Of a stretch of 64,000 nucleotides of DNA, positions 30,501-39,238 are shown one piece after another (the first letter of the stretch is position 1; each line of letters starts with the position of its first letter). Location: positions 448,001 to 512,000 of the forward strand of contig OZ241875.1 of the NCBI GenBank assembly GCA_965203325.1. Direction: 5' to 3'. Source of the stretch: a bacterium. Lineage in GTDB: Bacteria > UBA8248. The translations under genes and the position numbers were made by a program. The notes beneath the pieces are model-generated. The model was given only the letters and a program-made list of their open reading frames with translations, did not search any database and was not told where the DNA came from.

Positions 30501-32719
30501 TCGGCCAAATGCCGGCCCCCCGGTCTCGTTCCACCCGGGGCCGAACCTCCTGCTGACAAGGAATCTTCATGAATCGCGAGTTGCTCCGACACTACGGCGG
30601 CCTGCGTGATCGGGTTGAGCGCTTCCTCGCGCCACGCACCGAAACTGCCGATGACTTGCGCCGCATTGTGGTGAAACATACCTCCGGCTTCTTCATGAGC
30701 GGGACCGAAAAAAGCGCCGTCAATAATACCTTCGGCGCCTCCCCTGAACGTCCCGTCCGCAGCAGCTCGAAGGTCCTCGAAACCGAAGTCGGAAAGGGTT
30801 CGCTTACCGTCGCGGCTCGCCACTTCCGAGAACCTCACGTCCACGAGGTTCGTGGACAGCGAATAGTCGACGGTCGCCCGTCCTTCCACGAAGGGGTTTT
30901 CTCCCCAATCGTAACTGCCATGATACCCCAACATACGACCCGACCACTTTGCGCTGCCGCCGGGGCGGCTGCCTGACAGAGCACCCTGGACGCCGGTCCA
31001 TTTATTGTGGAGATTAATAGAAGCTGTAGCTGTCTCCCAGTTTTCGGTATTTTCAAAACCGACTCCGAACGCCATGTGTTCCAGAGTACCTGTCAGAGCA
31101 TCGATTACATGACGCCCGCGAGCCCCGTCCGTGGATGCGCTGGTGAGCCGTTCGATCCGCAAGAAATCGTAGTCCGCCTCAAGTTTCGCGGTGTTCCGCC
31201 AAGCCCATCCGGCCGTGGAGGAGAGAACATTTTCGCGGGTCGTCGCCATCCAGTCGGACCATCCGACCGGTCCGGTTGGTTTATGGCGCATCTCACAGGA
31301 TGCGTCCGCTCCACATCGGTAGTGGGACCACCCCTCGTCGACTGGCACCGGTGTGTTAATCAACCTGGATAGGCCCGTCAAATAGTCAGCGGAGGCTATC
31401 ACGTCCTCCCTGGAGGGTCGCTCATCCAGCGTGGCCCCGAAGCCGGCAAGAAGGCCGGCTTGCGGGTCGTGGAGCACACCTGCAACGTCATCATGCTTAG
31501 GGCCGTAGAAGTCCGCCTGGAGGGTGGAGCCGGCCCCGGTACCGACGATCGAGTTTGCTGACAACTCGATCGGATAGTGCAGGCTCCCGTCCGCGAATAC
31601 CTCGGGCGCTCCATCCGGGTAGACCGTGAGCGAAGTGAAGCTCGCCACTCCGTCCAGGGTTGCGAGGTCGACTGTAAGATTAGCGTCTCCGGTCACCGGA
31701 GGCAGTCCCGCGCGGTCGAGCGCTGCGCCGGGGAGCCCACCGGCGTAGCGGACCGTGCCGTCCAGTCCCTTCGCTGTATAGGATGAACGGAAACTCCTGG
31801 TGCTGAGATACCCGAACGCGTCCACTTCGGCCTGCAGCAGATCGACCACGTCGAGCGTATTCCACCGACCGCCCCCGTATCCATAGTGCGGTTGCGGGTC
31901 CGCCAGTGCTAACTGCAGGTCGCGGGACACCGAGACCGTGAAGGCGGCGTAATCCGTCCAGCCTGCGAGTCCGTAGGTCTCGGGCCTGTCGGTTTCCTCC
32001 ATGATGGTCATGCCAATATCTTGGAGGAATGCGGAGTCGATAGAAAGCTTGTCAGCCAGACCGCCCGTCCAACGTCCGTAGGAAACTCCGTTGCGAGTCC
32101 CCAGAATCCGGACATCATCGCCGTCCTGAAGATTCGGGGCTATTGTATTTCTGCTGCGTCTTTCCGCCGCTGTTCGTGTCGTCTGAAGGTCGAAAGTGTC
32201 GCTTCCGGATAGTAGGGGCGTGAGGGAAAGACCCTCCTTGATAGCCTGGCTCCGCCGATGCCCCCAGTGATCGAACAGGTCAGCGGCTTCTGGATTGTTG
32301 CGTGGAAGATTGGATAGACGCCGGCCGCCAGACCTCGTTCCACTCGGGGTTGTGCCTCCGGTCAACAAGGAATCTTCCCGCACCGTGAGACGTTCGTCTG
32401 AGACAGCGCCGGGGCCTGTATCCAGACCGTTCGTGGGAAGATTCGGGTTCGATTTTGCTTGTGTAGCTATTGGTATAGCGGAGTCGCTAGCTGGCTCCGG
32501 CTCATCGCCATATTCAGAGAATCCATCCGACACGGTCGTTGTTGTGCTGTTAGTAGGACTATGACCAAATAACGGAAGTACCGCTGCTTGTGGAGGTATG
32601 GCGTCTCCACTTGGCAACGCGGTATCGAGGCCGATGCCATTACCGCGGCAGCCGGAGGAGGCAATGGCCGCTGCCAAGAACACCGTGACGAGTAAAAAAT
32701 GAAGCTTCTTTTCACTCAT
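27590..32719 (-). CDS. Giant surface lipoprotein with five TbpB-like beta-barrel modules and one HExxH zinc metalloprotease domain
   Basis: RBS GGAGG; lipobox ASSGC; five F(Y/F)G(P/T)xH...G...FGA module ends; TLAHEIGHVLG at ~29825-29840; internal tandem duplication. Confidence 0.78.
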   Translation of the reverse strand: MSEKKLHFLLVTVFLAAAIASSGCRGNGIGLDTALPSGDAIPPQAAVLPLFGHSPTNSTTTTVSDGFSEYGDEPEPASDSAIPIATQAKSNPNLPTNGLDTGPGAVSDERLTVREDSLLTGGTTPSGTRSGGRRLSNLPRNNPEAADLFDHWGHRRSQAIKEGLSLTPLLSGSDTFDLQTTRTAAERRSRNTIAPNLQDGDDVRILGTRNGVSYGRWTGGLADKLSIDSAFLQDIGMTIMEETDRPETYGLAGWTDYAAFTVSVSRDLQLALADPQPHYGYGGGRWNTLDVVDLLQAEVDAFGYLSTRSFRSSYTAKGLDGTVRYAGGLPGAALDRAGLPPVTGDANLTVDLATLDGVASFTSLTVYPDGAPEVFADGSLHYPIELSANSIVGTGAGSTLQADFYGPKHDDVAGVLHDPQAGLLAGFGATLDERPSREDVIASADYLTGLSRLINTPVPVDEGWSHYRCGADASCEMRHKPTGPVGWSDWMATTRENVLSSTAGWAWRNTAKLEADYDFLRIERLTSASTDGARGRHVIDALTGTLEHMAFGVGFENTENWETATASINLHNKWTGVQGALSGSRPGGSAKWSGRMLGYHGSYDWGENPFVEGRATVDYSLSTNLVDVRFSEVASRDGKRTLSDFGFEDLRAAADGTFRGGAEGIIDGAFFGPAHEEAGGMFHHNAAQVIGSFGAWREEALNPITQAAVVSEQLAIHEDSLSAGGSAPGGTRPGGRHLAEPARNNPEAADLLDHWGHRRSQAIKEGLSLTPLLSGSDTFDLQTPRAEAERRSGTTIASNLQDGDEVRILGTRRGVTFGRWAGGPADTLSIDFDISGAGPLMSDDPAFRAMLEHAGKAWSHRIADTWTPWERRAGELKGRIDRGNPSAARTEVRVGPEGEVSTGLEIVVRDQHLPEGVAGSALSGFQTPDDTWEPRFGSIRIDREYLQERAHTGILFSTLAHEIGHVLGAWTTHSYPENLSYYVDKATGVWTGPNMVALHGGPAPFQDASDPHAWVYGERDPLATNYDFDHSGVCTSLMAYCRHQAALQVFLPDAIDFAFLKDLGMNITEVTDRPETYGLAGWTDYAAFTVSVSRDLQIALADPQPHYGYHGGRWNTLDVVDLLQAEVDAFGYLSTGSFRSSYTAKGPDGTVRYSGGLLGAALDRTGLPPVTGDASLSIDFATLDGAASFTSLTVYPDGTPEVFAEGSLHYPIELSANKIIGTGAGSTFQADFYGPNHEDVAGVLHDPQAGLLASFGATLDERPSREDVIASADYLTGLSRLINTPVPVDEGWSHYRCGADASCEMRHKPTGPVGWSDWMATTRENMLASTAGWAWRNTAKLEADYDFLRIERLTSASTDVARGRRVVDGYTGTMEHVAFGTGFEHYTNWTTEPAVISPDFEHHWTGVQGTLSGNLPGGRARWSGLMLGYQYDLPSSENRLVEGRATVDFWLFTNLVDVMFSDVASRDGQRNIPDFSFENLQAVADGTFAHSDESGRIYGAFFGPVHEETGGTFHHYETDVFGSFGARREADTVTLEETGATRDVYSSEEYEVYAFDKWGFWAKQFQENIFGAFIERDTTSTGNSTTYYSPYGRIEGTPSGRNPVSGSAVWSGKVRAVETGPRGYTPVSGKARLEVDFGDATVDVDFTDFGEGHSDMSWRALQLEKGAFRDPQVGQPTIEGAFYGTEHQGVAGKFNRDSLRGVFGAVRTD

Positions 32720-32979
32720 TATCGCCTCCTGCCTGTAGTCGTTTCTTCAAGGCTGAAGTGCGGCATGAAGACTTTGGTGAGCATCTCTTATTCGTTACTT
32801 TCGAACAGAACAACAATCTGTCGAAATTTTATGGAACAATATTTCTCCCGCCCAAGTAAGAAGAACTAATGCAAAATCAGGTGTTTGTCCTTCTTGGATA
32901 TGCAAAGTAAATATCCATGGCATTGTGGCTAAGAACTGCATTCTCATGGTTGATTAATAATTATGGTAAGTATTTTGAC

Positions 32980-33077
32980 GCTTCTTTCGCGTCCCCAGAT
33001 TTGGGGAGAAATTGCGAAATTTTTTGCTTTTTGGGTGAAATTTTCGGGAAAACGAATGACCTCACCGCCGCGTCAGG
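32980..33077. promoter_or_regulatory. Conserved cassette copy A with palindrome TCCCCA-GATT-TGGGGA
   Basis: Aligns over ~95 bp with 34607-34702; lies upstream of the giant lipoprotein gene. Confidence 0.6.
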
Positions 33078-33082
33078 ACGGC

Positions 33083-34240
33083 TTATACATTCAGTATCGA
33101 GACTCTCTGAGCACCGGGCAGCGACAGCACAAGCCGCACCAGATCCACCTGCCGCGAGAGGCCGAGCTTGGAGAAAATTTGCTTCACGTGCGAGCGGATC
33201 GTGCTTTCCTTTCGGCCGAACGCCGCGGCGATCTGAGCGACGCTCCTGCCTTCGGCCAACAGCACCGCCACCTGACTCTCCATTTTCGTGAGGCCGAGGA
33301 GCGCCCCGGCCATGGCCGGATCGACGTTGCGCCGACTCGCCGGGTCCACGACCAGCATGAGCGCCGCGACCGGCCAAGCACTGTAGTCCGTTTCCTGTCG
33401 ACCCACCGGGTTGACGTGCACCGCCAACGGCAGGGCCGATGCGCGCCTCACCACCATCGAGCCGCCGATGCCCTGAGTCCGGAACGGCGGCAACGCCTGA
33501 TTCAGTACTCCCTGGAGTTTGGCGTTGTCCTGTGGCGCACGGGCGAACAGGAAACCGCGCGCATCGAACAGACCGTCTCCTGTCCGCAGCAAATCCCGGG
33601 CGAGGTCGTTCATTTCCACGATGCGCCCGTGTCGGTCGAGTTGGATGATGCCCGCCCCGGTGGTATCGAGCATCTGCGTGAGGGACGCACCCAGCGCACC
33701 AGCGCTACCCAGCGCCTGCCGGACGCGCATGTACTGACGGATATGGGGCAGGAGACGCCGGATAGAGTTGAGCTGGGCTGTCGACCAAGCGTCACCTTCA
33801 ACCGAATCGTGTACAATCCAGACAATACTTGAGCCAATAGGACCGTCCAGACGAAAATTAATGCTGTTTTGGGCGTACAAACGGTTTAAAAAATCGTTGT
33901 ATACCAAGGAGTTCTTCAGCTCCTTCTCGGTGAAAAGATCTGAAATATGGACCGGTTGGCTGTCGGGTATTTGCGACGCGCGCGGGACCCGCTCGTCCAG
34001 GGGGTAGTAGACCTCGAAGTACTCGCGTTCCAATTCGAGGTGCCGTTGCGCATGAAAGAAAATACCCAAAAAGAAGAACTCGATGTCCTCCCCCGAGTGT
34101 AGGTCACAGACCACAAGGCTGTTGCCGTGCACGCCGAGGGCATCGTCGATCAGCGCAGAGGCGCTCGACCAGCGGGTATCATCCAGCGCCGCTTCGTGCA
34201 TCGATGCCAAGATGCGCTCGAACGCCTCCTGATTGATCAT
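33083..34240 (-). CDS. LuxR-family HTH transcriptional regulator with PAS-like sensor region
   Basis: C-terminal GLTKMESQVAVLLAEGRSVAQIA...TIRSHVKQIFSKLGLSRQVDLV; central GIIQLDRHGRIVEMN. Confidence 0.9.
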   Translation of the reverse strand: MINQEAFERILASMHEAALDDTRWSSASALIDDALGVHGNSLVVCDLHSGEDIEFFFLGIFFHAQRHLELEREYFEVYYPLDERVPRASQIPDSQPVHISDLFTEKELKNSLVYNDFLNRLYAQNSINFRLDGPIGSSIVWIVHDSVEGDAWSTAQLNSIRRLLPHIRQYMRVRQALGSAGALGASLTQMLDTTGAGIIQLDRHGRIVEMNDLARDLLRTGDGLFDARGFLFARAPQDNAKLQGVLNQALPPFRTQGIGGSMVVRRASALPLAVHVNPVGRQETDYSAWPVAALMLVVDPASRRNVDPAMAGALLGLTKMESQVAVLLAEGRSVAQIAAAFGRKESTIRSHVKQIFSKLGLSRQVDLVRLVLSLPGAQRVSILNV

Positions 34241-34606
34241 GACGGCTGCTCTGCCGGCGGACGCACGGTCGGCCCATATTCCATTATATCAAGAGGCGAG
34301 TACCCTCTTTGGTTGCCCATATGACCCCTCGTAGTCATGGACACCGACATCGTTATGGGTAAATCGAACTGTTTCAACCACTACCGGATGACATTGGCGG
34401 CGTGATGCGCGGGCTGCCGGGACAAGAGATTGGTGGTCGCTGCGCCAAAGCCGTATACCCGGCCCGGAGTCATTTGAACACATCCGGGATCGCATCCCAA
34501 ATCGACGGTGTTCCACTCCGCCAAGCCGACCGGTGCAGGAGTATCTATCTATTCCTGGTCTGCGTGTTCAGGCCAAATAACAAAATTAAAGTATAAGATG
34601 TCGCAA

Positions 34607-34702
34607 GCTTCTATTCCTCCCCAATATTGGGGAGAGATAGCGAATTATTTCCCATTTTAGAGGGAATCTTCGGGAAGGTGGGCGACGCCAGCGCCGGTCT
34701 GG
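34607..34702. promoter_or_regulatory. Conserved cassette copy B with perfect 18-bp palindrome CTCCCCAATATTGGGGAG
   Basis: Palindrome at 34617-34634; homologous to copy A; lies upstream of the LuxR gene. Confidence 0.6.
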
Positions 34703-34919
34703 TATTGCTATTTCCTTTAGCCTGGGGACTTCGGTGCGCCTCGAAAATTACTCCCCCCTTGGGAGTTTGTTGAAAAAGTTCCGATTTCAAGATTCTGAGT
34801 ATTTTGACGACCAACGAGTGAGGAGACACCACGCCCATCTTGAACAGCCGTAACGACAGGTCGCGACCTGCCCTTCACACCGGAAAACAAAATGCCTTCA
34901 CCTTCACGCAACGGCCGGG

Positions 34920-35861
34920 CTAGTCGCGCCTGGCTCCGAATGCGCCGGAAACATCATGAATATCTCCACCGACCCCCTCATTTTCAGCAGCAGACGCCCC
35001 GAAACTGAACAAGCCGCCCACTTCCTCATGGTTTTGGCCATAGAACCGGCCGGAAACGCCTCTCCTCGCCGGATGCCGGCTGGCATCCGCCTCACCTTCG
35101 CCCACAGGAGCGACTCCGAACGATCCGTCCTTGAGCGCCAGCCCTTCCCAGGAAACATCATCGAAACGGACACCCGTTCGTTCGTCTTTCATATTCGTGA
35201 ACTCGACATCGACCAGCAGATCAGGATTTCCTCCCGGACGGGAAACCGTTATTTCGGCATCGCCCCTGACGAAACCACCCGGCTCGGCGATACGGATACC
35301 AACCATAATCCCGGACCACGTCACGGCGCCGCCGACCAGAACATCCGGATTCGAATCTGCCGCGTTTCCTATCGAATAAGCGCCATAGTAATTTGCGGAA
35401 ACCCGGTTTTCTCCAGACGCCAAATCGATTCTGGGCGTCTTGATGAGGAAAAAACTATGGTCGATCCAGCCGGCCAGGGCGCGGTAGCTGGTCGCATCGC
35501 CCCCTCCTCTTGAAACGCCTGTCCTTTCCGCCAAAGACACGCCGCGACGGCGTTCGATGAAAAGAAAACCGGAAAAGTCAAACTCGCCGACCGCCCTGTA
35601 GTGAACCGGCCCGAGCCCTCCTTCACATCCTATGAGCAACGCCGCACAGGTAGCAGAGTCAGGAGGCGGAGGATCGGCGCCGAATCGAGCCAAGGCGGGA
35701 GATTTCGAATCGCTCCTCAAGTCGTTCAAAACGCCTTCGATTTCATTCGTCCCCGGAATCACGGACCCGGCTCCCTGACCGCCGCCTCCACAACCGGACA
35801 ACATCATCAGAAACGACACGACTGCTACAAGAAGTGAAAGCCGGTTCCTCCTGCTCCGCAT
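34920..35861 (-). CDS. Lipoprotein with one TbpB-like C-terminal beta-barrel
   Basis: Lipobox LSGC followed by GGGG; VTWSGIMVG, SGRFYGQNHEEVGGLF and terminal GAFGARRD. Confidence 0.8.
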   Translation of the reverse strand: MRSRRNRLSLLVAVVSFLMMLSGCGGGGQGAGSVIPGTNEIEGVLNDLRSDSKSPALARFGADPPPPDSATCAALLIGCEGGLGPVHYRAVGEFDFSGFLFIERRRGVSLAERTGVSRGGGDATSYRALAGWIDHSFFLIKTPRIDLASGENRVSANYYGAYSIGNAADSNPDVLVGGAVTWSGIMVGIRIAEPGGFVRGDAEITVSRPGGNPDLLVDVEFTNMKDERTGVRFDDVSWEGLALKDGSFGVAPVGEGEADASRHPARRGVSGRFYGQNHEEVGGLFSFGASAAENEGVGGDIHDVSGAFGARRD

Positions 35862-36074
35862 CCTGCGTCCCTCCGGTTGCTCCGGGTTTCAGGTGCACGA
35901 CTCCGCGCGCAGATTGCGCCAGGCTCAAAATGCGTTCCTCTCGGGGCACACTTGGTCTTGCTTTCGGCATTCCGCCTTTGGTTCGACGGGCCTCAAGCAG
36001 ACGGTTCTCCGGCAGGTTAGCCCAGGGCCGGACCCGGAACAATGGCGAGATGAAGACAGGCAAGCCGGCAAGCT

Positions 36075-36185
36075 CGGACAGGTCGCGACCTGTCCCTACG
36101 GTTCGATGAAACATCCCGTAGGGCCGAACGCACAAGGGCGGACACATCGGTCCCCGGACAGGCGCAGGGGCCTGTCCGGCTACGG
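36075..36185. repeat. Degenerate REP cluster
   Basis: GGACAGGTCGCGACCTGTCCCTAC hairpin plus CCCGTAGGG and GGACAGGC...GCCTGTCC; a related hairpin is at ~34856. Confidence 0.55.
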
Positions 36186-36223
36186 CGCCAAACCCGAGCG
36201 ATGCCGCGCCCGCTCGTGACCGA

Positions 36224-37540
36224 TCAGGCGCCCATCTTCTTGTCGAGGAACGAATCCTTGAGGTATTTCACGGCGCGCTCGAGCTGGGTGTCTTTCTGCT
36301 CCTCATCGGGGCTTTTCGCCGGGCCGGCTCGCGGGCCGCCCGGGGTGTCTTCTTTTTGTTCCCCGTTCTTCTCCGCCGCGCCAGGCAGATGACCGGGCAG
36401 GTCCTTCTCGCGCACCGCGCGCATGGGGCCCGAGCCTCTTTCCACCTCGCTCACGATGTCGGGTTCGATTCCCTCGCCCTGGATGCGCTTCCCCTTGGGC
36501 GTGAAATAGAGCGCTGTGGTCAACCGAAGCCCCGAGCCGTCGGAGAGCGGAACGACGGTCTGCACCGAGCCCTTGCCGAACGTCTTGACGCCGATGAGCT
36601 TGGCCCTTTCGAGGTCCTGAAGCGCGCCCGCCACGATCTCCGACGCGCTGGCGCTGCCCGCATTGACGAGCACCGCCATGGGAATCTCGCCGCCCGGCAC
36701 CTCATGCGTGGAAGTGAAGCGGTGCTCCTGGTCGGTCATGCGGCCCTTGGTGTAGACGATGAGGCTGCCCGCCTTCAGGAATATGTCGGACACCGAAACC
36801 GCCTGGGAGAGGAGTCCGCCCGGATTGTTCCTCAAGTCAAGCACCAGGGCTCTCGCGCCCTCATCCTTGAGCGAGGCGAGGGCGTCCTTGACTTCGCGGC
36901 CCGTGCCGTTCTGGAAGCTGCGAACCCGGATGTAGGCGATGTCCTCGGGCAGCATCCGGCTTCTCACGCTCTTGATGCGGATGATCCGGCGCGTGATGGT
37001 GAAGGGGAGCAATTCCTCCTCCCCTTCGCGCCTCACGGAGATCTTCACCTTCGTGCCGGGCTTGCCCCGAAGCTTCTTGACGACCTCCTGGAGCGAGAGG
37101 TCCTTCGTGGGTTCTTTCTCGATGAGGATGATTTGATCGCCCGCCTGCACGCCGACCTTGTACGCCGGGGTATCCTCGATGGGCGTCACCACGGTCAGCA
37201 CGCCGTCGCGGATTGAAATCTCCACGCCCAGGCCCCCGAAGCGGCCCGTGGTCTCCACCTGCATCTCCTTGAAGAATTCGGGATTCAGATAGGTCGTATG
37301 GGGGTCGAGCGTGCGGAGCATTCCCCGGATGGCGCCGCGGATGAGCTTCTTCGCGTCCACCTTGTTGACGTAGTTCTCCTCGACGAGGCTCAGGACCTCG
37401 CTGAAGGCTCTCAGTTCAGAATACGCGCCCGTCTCGCTCGCCGCCGGATTCACGACGGGGCTCGCCGCCATCCCCGCAACGAGCAGCGCCAGGGCGCCGG
37501 CCCAAATCATCCATCCCGACAAACGGTATTTCTTTGACAT
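36224..37540 (-). CDS. ctpA: Carboxyl-terminal processing protease, S41 family
   Basis: Motifs LDPHT, GGLG (PDZ), LDLRNNPGGLL, SASASEIVAGALQD and TFGKGSVQ. Confidence 0.94.
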   Translation of the reverse strand: MSKKYRLSGWMIWAGALALLVAGMAASPVVNPAASETGAYSELRAFSEVLSLVEENYVNKVDAKKLIRGAIRGMLRTLDPHTTYLNPEFFKEMQVETTGRFGGLGVEISIRDGVLTVVTPIEDTPAYKVGVQAGDQIILIEKEPTKDLSLQEVVKKLRGKPGTKVKISVRREGEEELLPFTITRRIIRIKSVRSRMLPEDIAYIRVRSFQNGTGREVKDALASLKDEGARALVLDLRNNPGGLLSQAVSVSDIFLKAGSLIVYTKGRMTDQEHRFTSTHEVPGGEIPMAVLVNAGSASASEIVAGALQDLERAKLIGVKTFGKGSVQTVVPLSDGSGLRLTTALYFTPKGKRIQGEGIEPDIVSEVERGSGPMRAVREKDLPGHLPGAAEKNGEQKEDTPGGPRAGPAKSPDEEQKDTQLERAVKYLKDSFLDKKMGA

Positions 37541-37820
37541 CTCTCGCTCCTCTGACAATGCGGCACAAAGAGATAATTTTACTCCACGGGGCGCGAGAAC
37601 GCCACACGAAAGCGTCGGTTCGGGTCCAGGGGAAAATGCGGGCGGGTGCGAACGGGAAGCGTTTGAATTTCGATAAATTGAAATATCAAGCCATCCCGAT
37701 TATCCAGAATCTCTTCATGGTATTCCCTCCTTTATCGGCCGACTGAAGGCTGAATTATCTTGAATTCCTCAAACACGACCCCACCTGCGTAACCCCTGAA
37801 AACGAAATTCCTCCAGCGGG

Positions 37821-38669
37821 TCAGGCTGCCACCGTTATCCGCCGCTTGATGAATTCGTCAAACTTTTCAACCATCTGCGGCGTGTACTTGGCCCATTCCT
37901 CCGGCGGCGTGGCGTCAACGTCGAGAACCGGCATACCGAGATCGACCAGTTCGCTGCCGGGAATCAGCTTCTGGGTGTCGAACGAAGCCTCGCGCCGATG
38001 GTGGCGGTCATTCCCGCAGAACAACAGCGCGGGAACCTTTATATTTCTCAGGTCCTCCTCGCTCGCTCCGATCATCGGCTGGTTCGCGTCCGATATGAAG
38101 GAGACCATCCACCGCACCATGACTTCGATGAAATCTTCGGGATCCGTCGCCATCAGGATATCGCGGTTCCGCGGGTTTTCCCTGACCCGCTCGGAGAAGA
38201 ATTCCGTTTCGCAGACTGCCTCCATGCCGCCGAGGCCGGCCGCCTTGATATATTCGGTGTAATATCGAACGCCGAGATTCAGGGTGGCGTACGCGCCTCC
38301 GGATATTTTCCAGAGCAACAACCCGGAGACGGCTTCGGGGTGACGGATGGCGAAGGTGACCGAGGTCCGGCAGCCGGACGATCCGCCGCCGGCGACGCAG
38401 GGCTGCGCGCCGAGTTGTTTCGTCAACTCGAAAAGATCGTCGGCCCATTCGTCGAACTCGGAAGCACCGCCCGAGATACCGACATCCGACGCGCCGCAAT
38501 TGCGGCGATCAAAAATCAGGACGCGATAGCCCTTGCCGGCGAGCGACTCGGCCATCTCCTGAACCCCCGCCATCCCCACCCGCCCGCCAGGGGACAACGC
38601 GACCCAGGGACCCGTATCGCCGAGCACGTCGTAGTTCATCTGAATTCCGCGTATCTGAGCTACAGGCAT
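37821..38669 (-). CDS. Alpha/beta fold hydrolase
   Basis: Motifs FDRRNCGAS, GGSSG elbow and GNDRHH. Confidence 0.85.
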   Translation of the reverse strand: MPVAQIRGIQMNYDVLGDTGPWVALSPGGRVGMAGVQEMAESLAGKGYRVLIFDRRNCGASDVGISGGASEFDEWADDLFELTKQLGAQPCVAGGGSSGCRTSVTFAIRHPEAVSGLLLWKISGGAYATLNLGVRYYTEYIKAAGLGGMEAVCETEFFSERVRENPRNRDILMATDPEDFIEVMVRWMVSFISDANQPMIGASEEDLRNIKVPALLFCGNDRHHRREASFDTQKLIPGSELVDLGMPVLDVDATPPEEWAKYTPQMVEKFDEFIKRRITVAA

Positions 38670-38726
38670 TTTTGATTACCCCCTTGACGGCATAAACGTC
38701 TGATTTCAAAACTCCTGTGCCCGGCG

Positions 38727-39206
38727 TCAGCCGGTAATCTCGAGTTCTTTCCCGTTGATGACGACGGGGTCGGCGGCGAGAAGAACGAACGCGATAACAC
38801 AGGGCTCCGCACCGTTGTTGACCCAGTTGTGAATCGTGCCGCGCTGCACGCACACGTCGCCCTCCTTCAGATGCACGATGACGCCGTCATCGAGCGCCAT
38901 GTCTATCTCGCCCTTGAGGATCACCAGATAGTCGAGCGAATGAGTGCGGTGCATTCGGGACGCAACGCCGGGACCATATTGTGTGATCCTGATCTTCGAG
39001 GCCGTCGAACCCGGCGCCCCGGGTTCAATCGCCTTGCCGTCGGCGTCGGTATTCTGGTCGGCCGGATATACGTCGGTGGCCCATACGCCATGCCCCTCGT
39101 GTCCGGGCCTGATTGACCGGGGCTCGCTCATCAACTCGTCGATCTTGACGACCGCCTTGCCATTCTCATCATGCCCGGTCACGACCCGTCTTAGCGAAAA
39201 CGCCAC
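38727..39206 (-). CDS. Cupin domain protein
   Basis: Motifs RRVVTGHD, MHRTHSLDY and QRGTIHNWVN; GTG start with RBS GGAGG. Confidence 0.9.
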   Translation of the reverse strand: MAFSLRRVVTGHDENGKAVVKIDELMSEPRSIRPGHEGHGVWATDVYPADQNTDADGKAIEPGAPGSTASKIRITQYGPGVASRMHRTHSLDYLVILKGEIDMALDDGVIVHLKEGDVCVQRGTIHNWVNNGAEPCVIAFVLLAADPVVINGKELEITG

Positions 39207-39238
39207 TTTGTACCTCCTCGTCCTTTATAAGCCTGTCA

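Noticed and set aside
28140..32400. Diversity-generating retroelement TR/VR pair
   Set aside because: No reverse transcriptase is present; both repeats are in-frame parts of one CDS, and the differences are not confined to adenines.
36455..36485. tRNA T-arm-like GGTTCGATTCCC
   Set aside because: It lies inside the ctpA CDS (antisense of EGIEP) and no cloverleaf can be formed.
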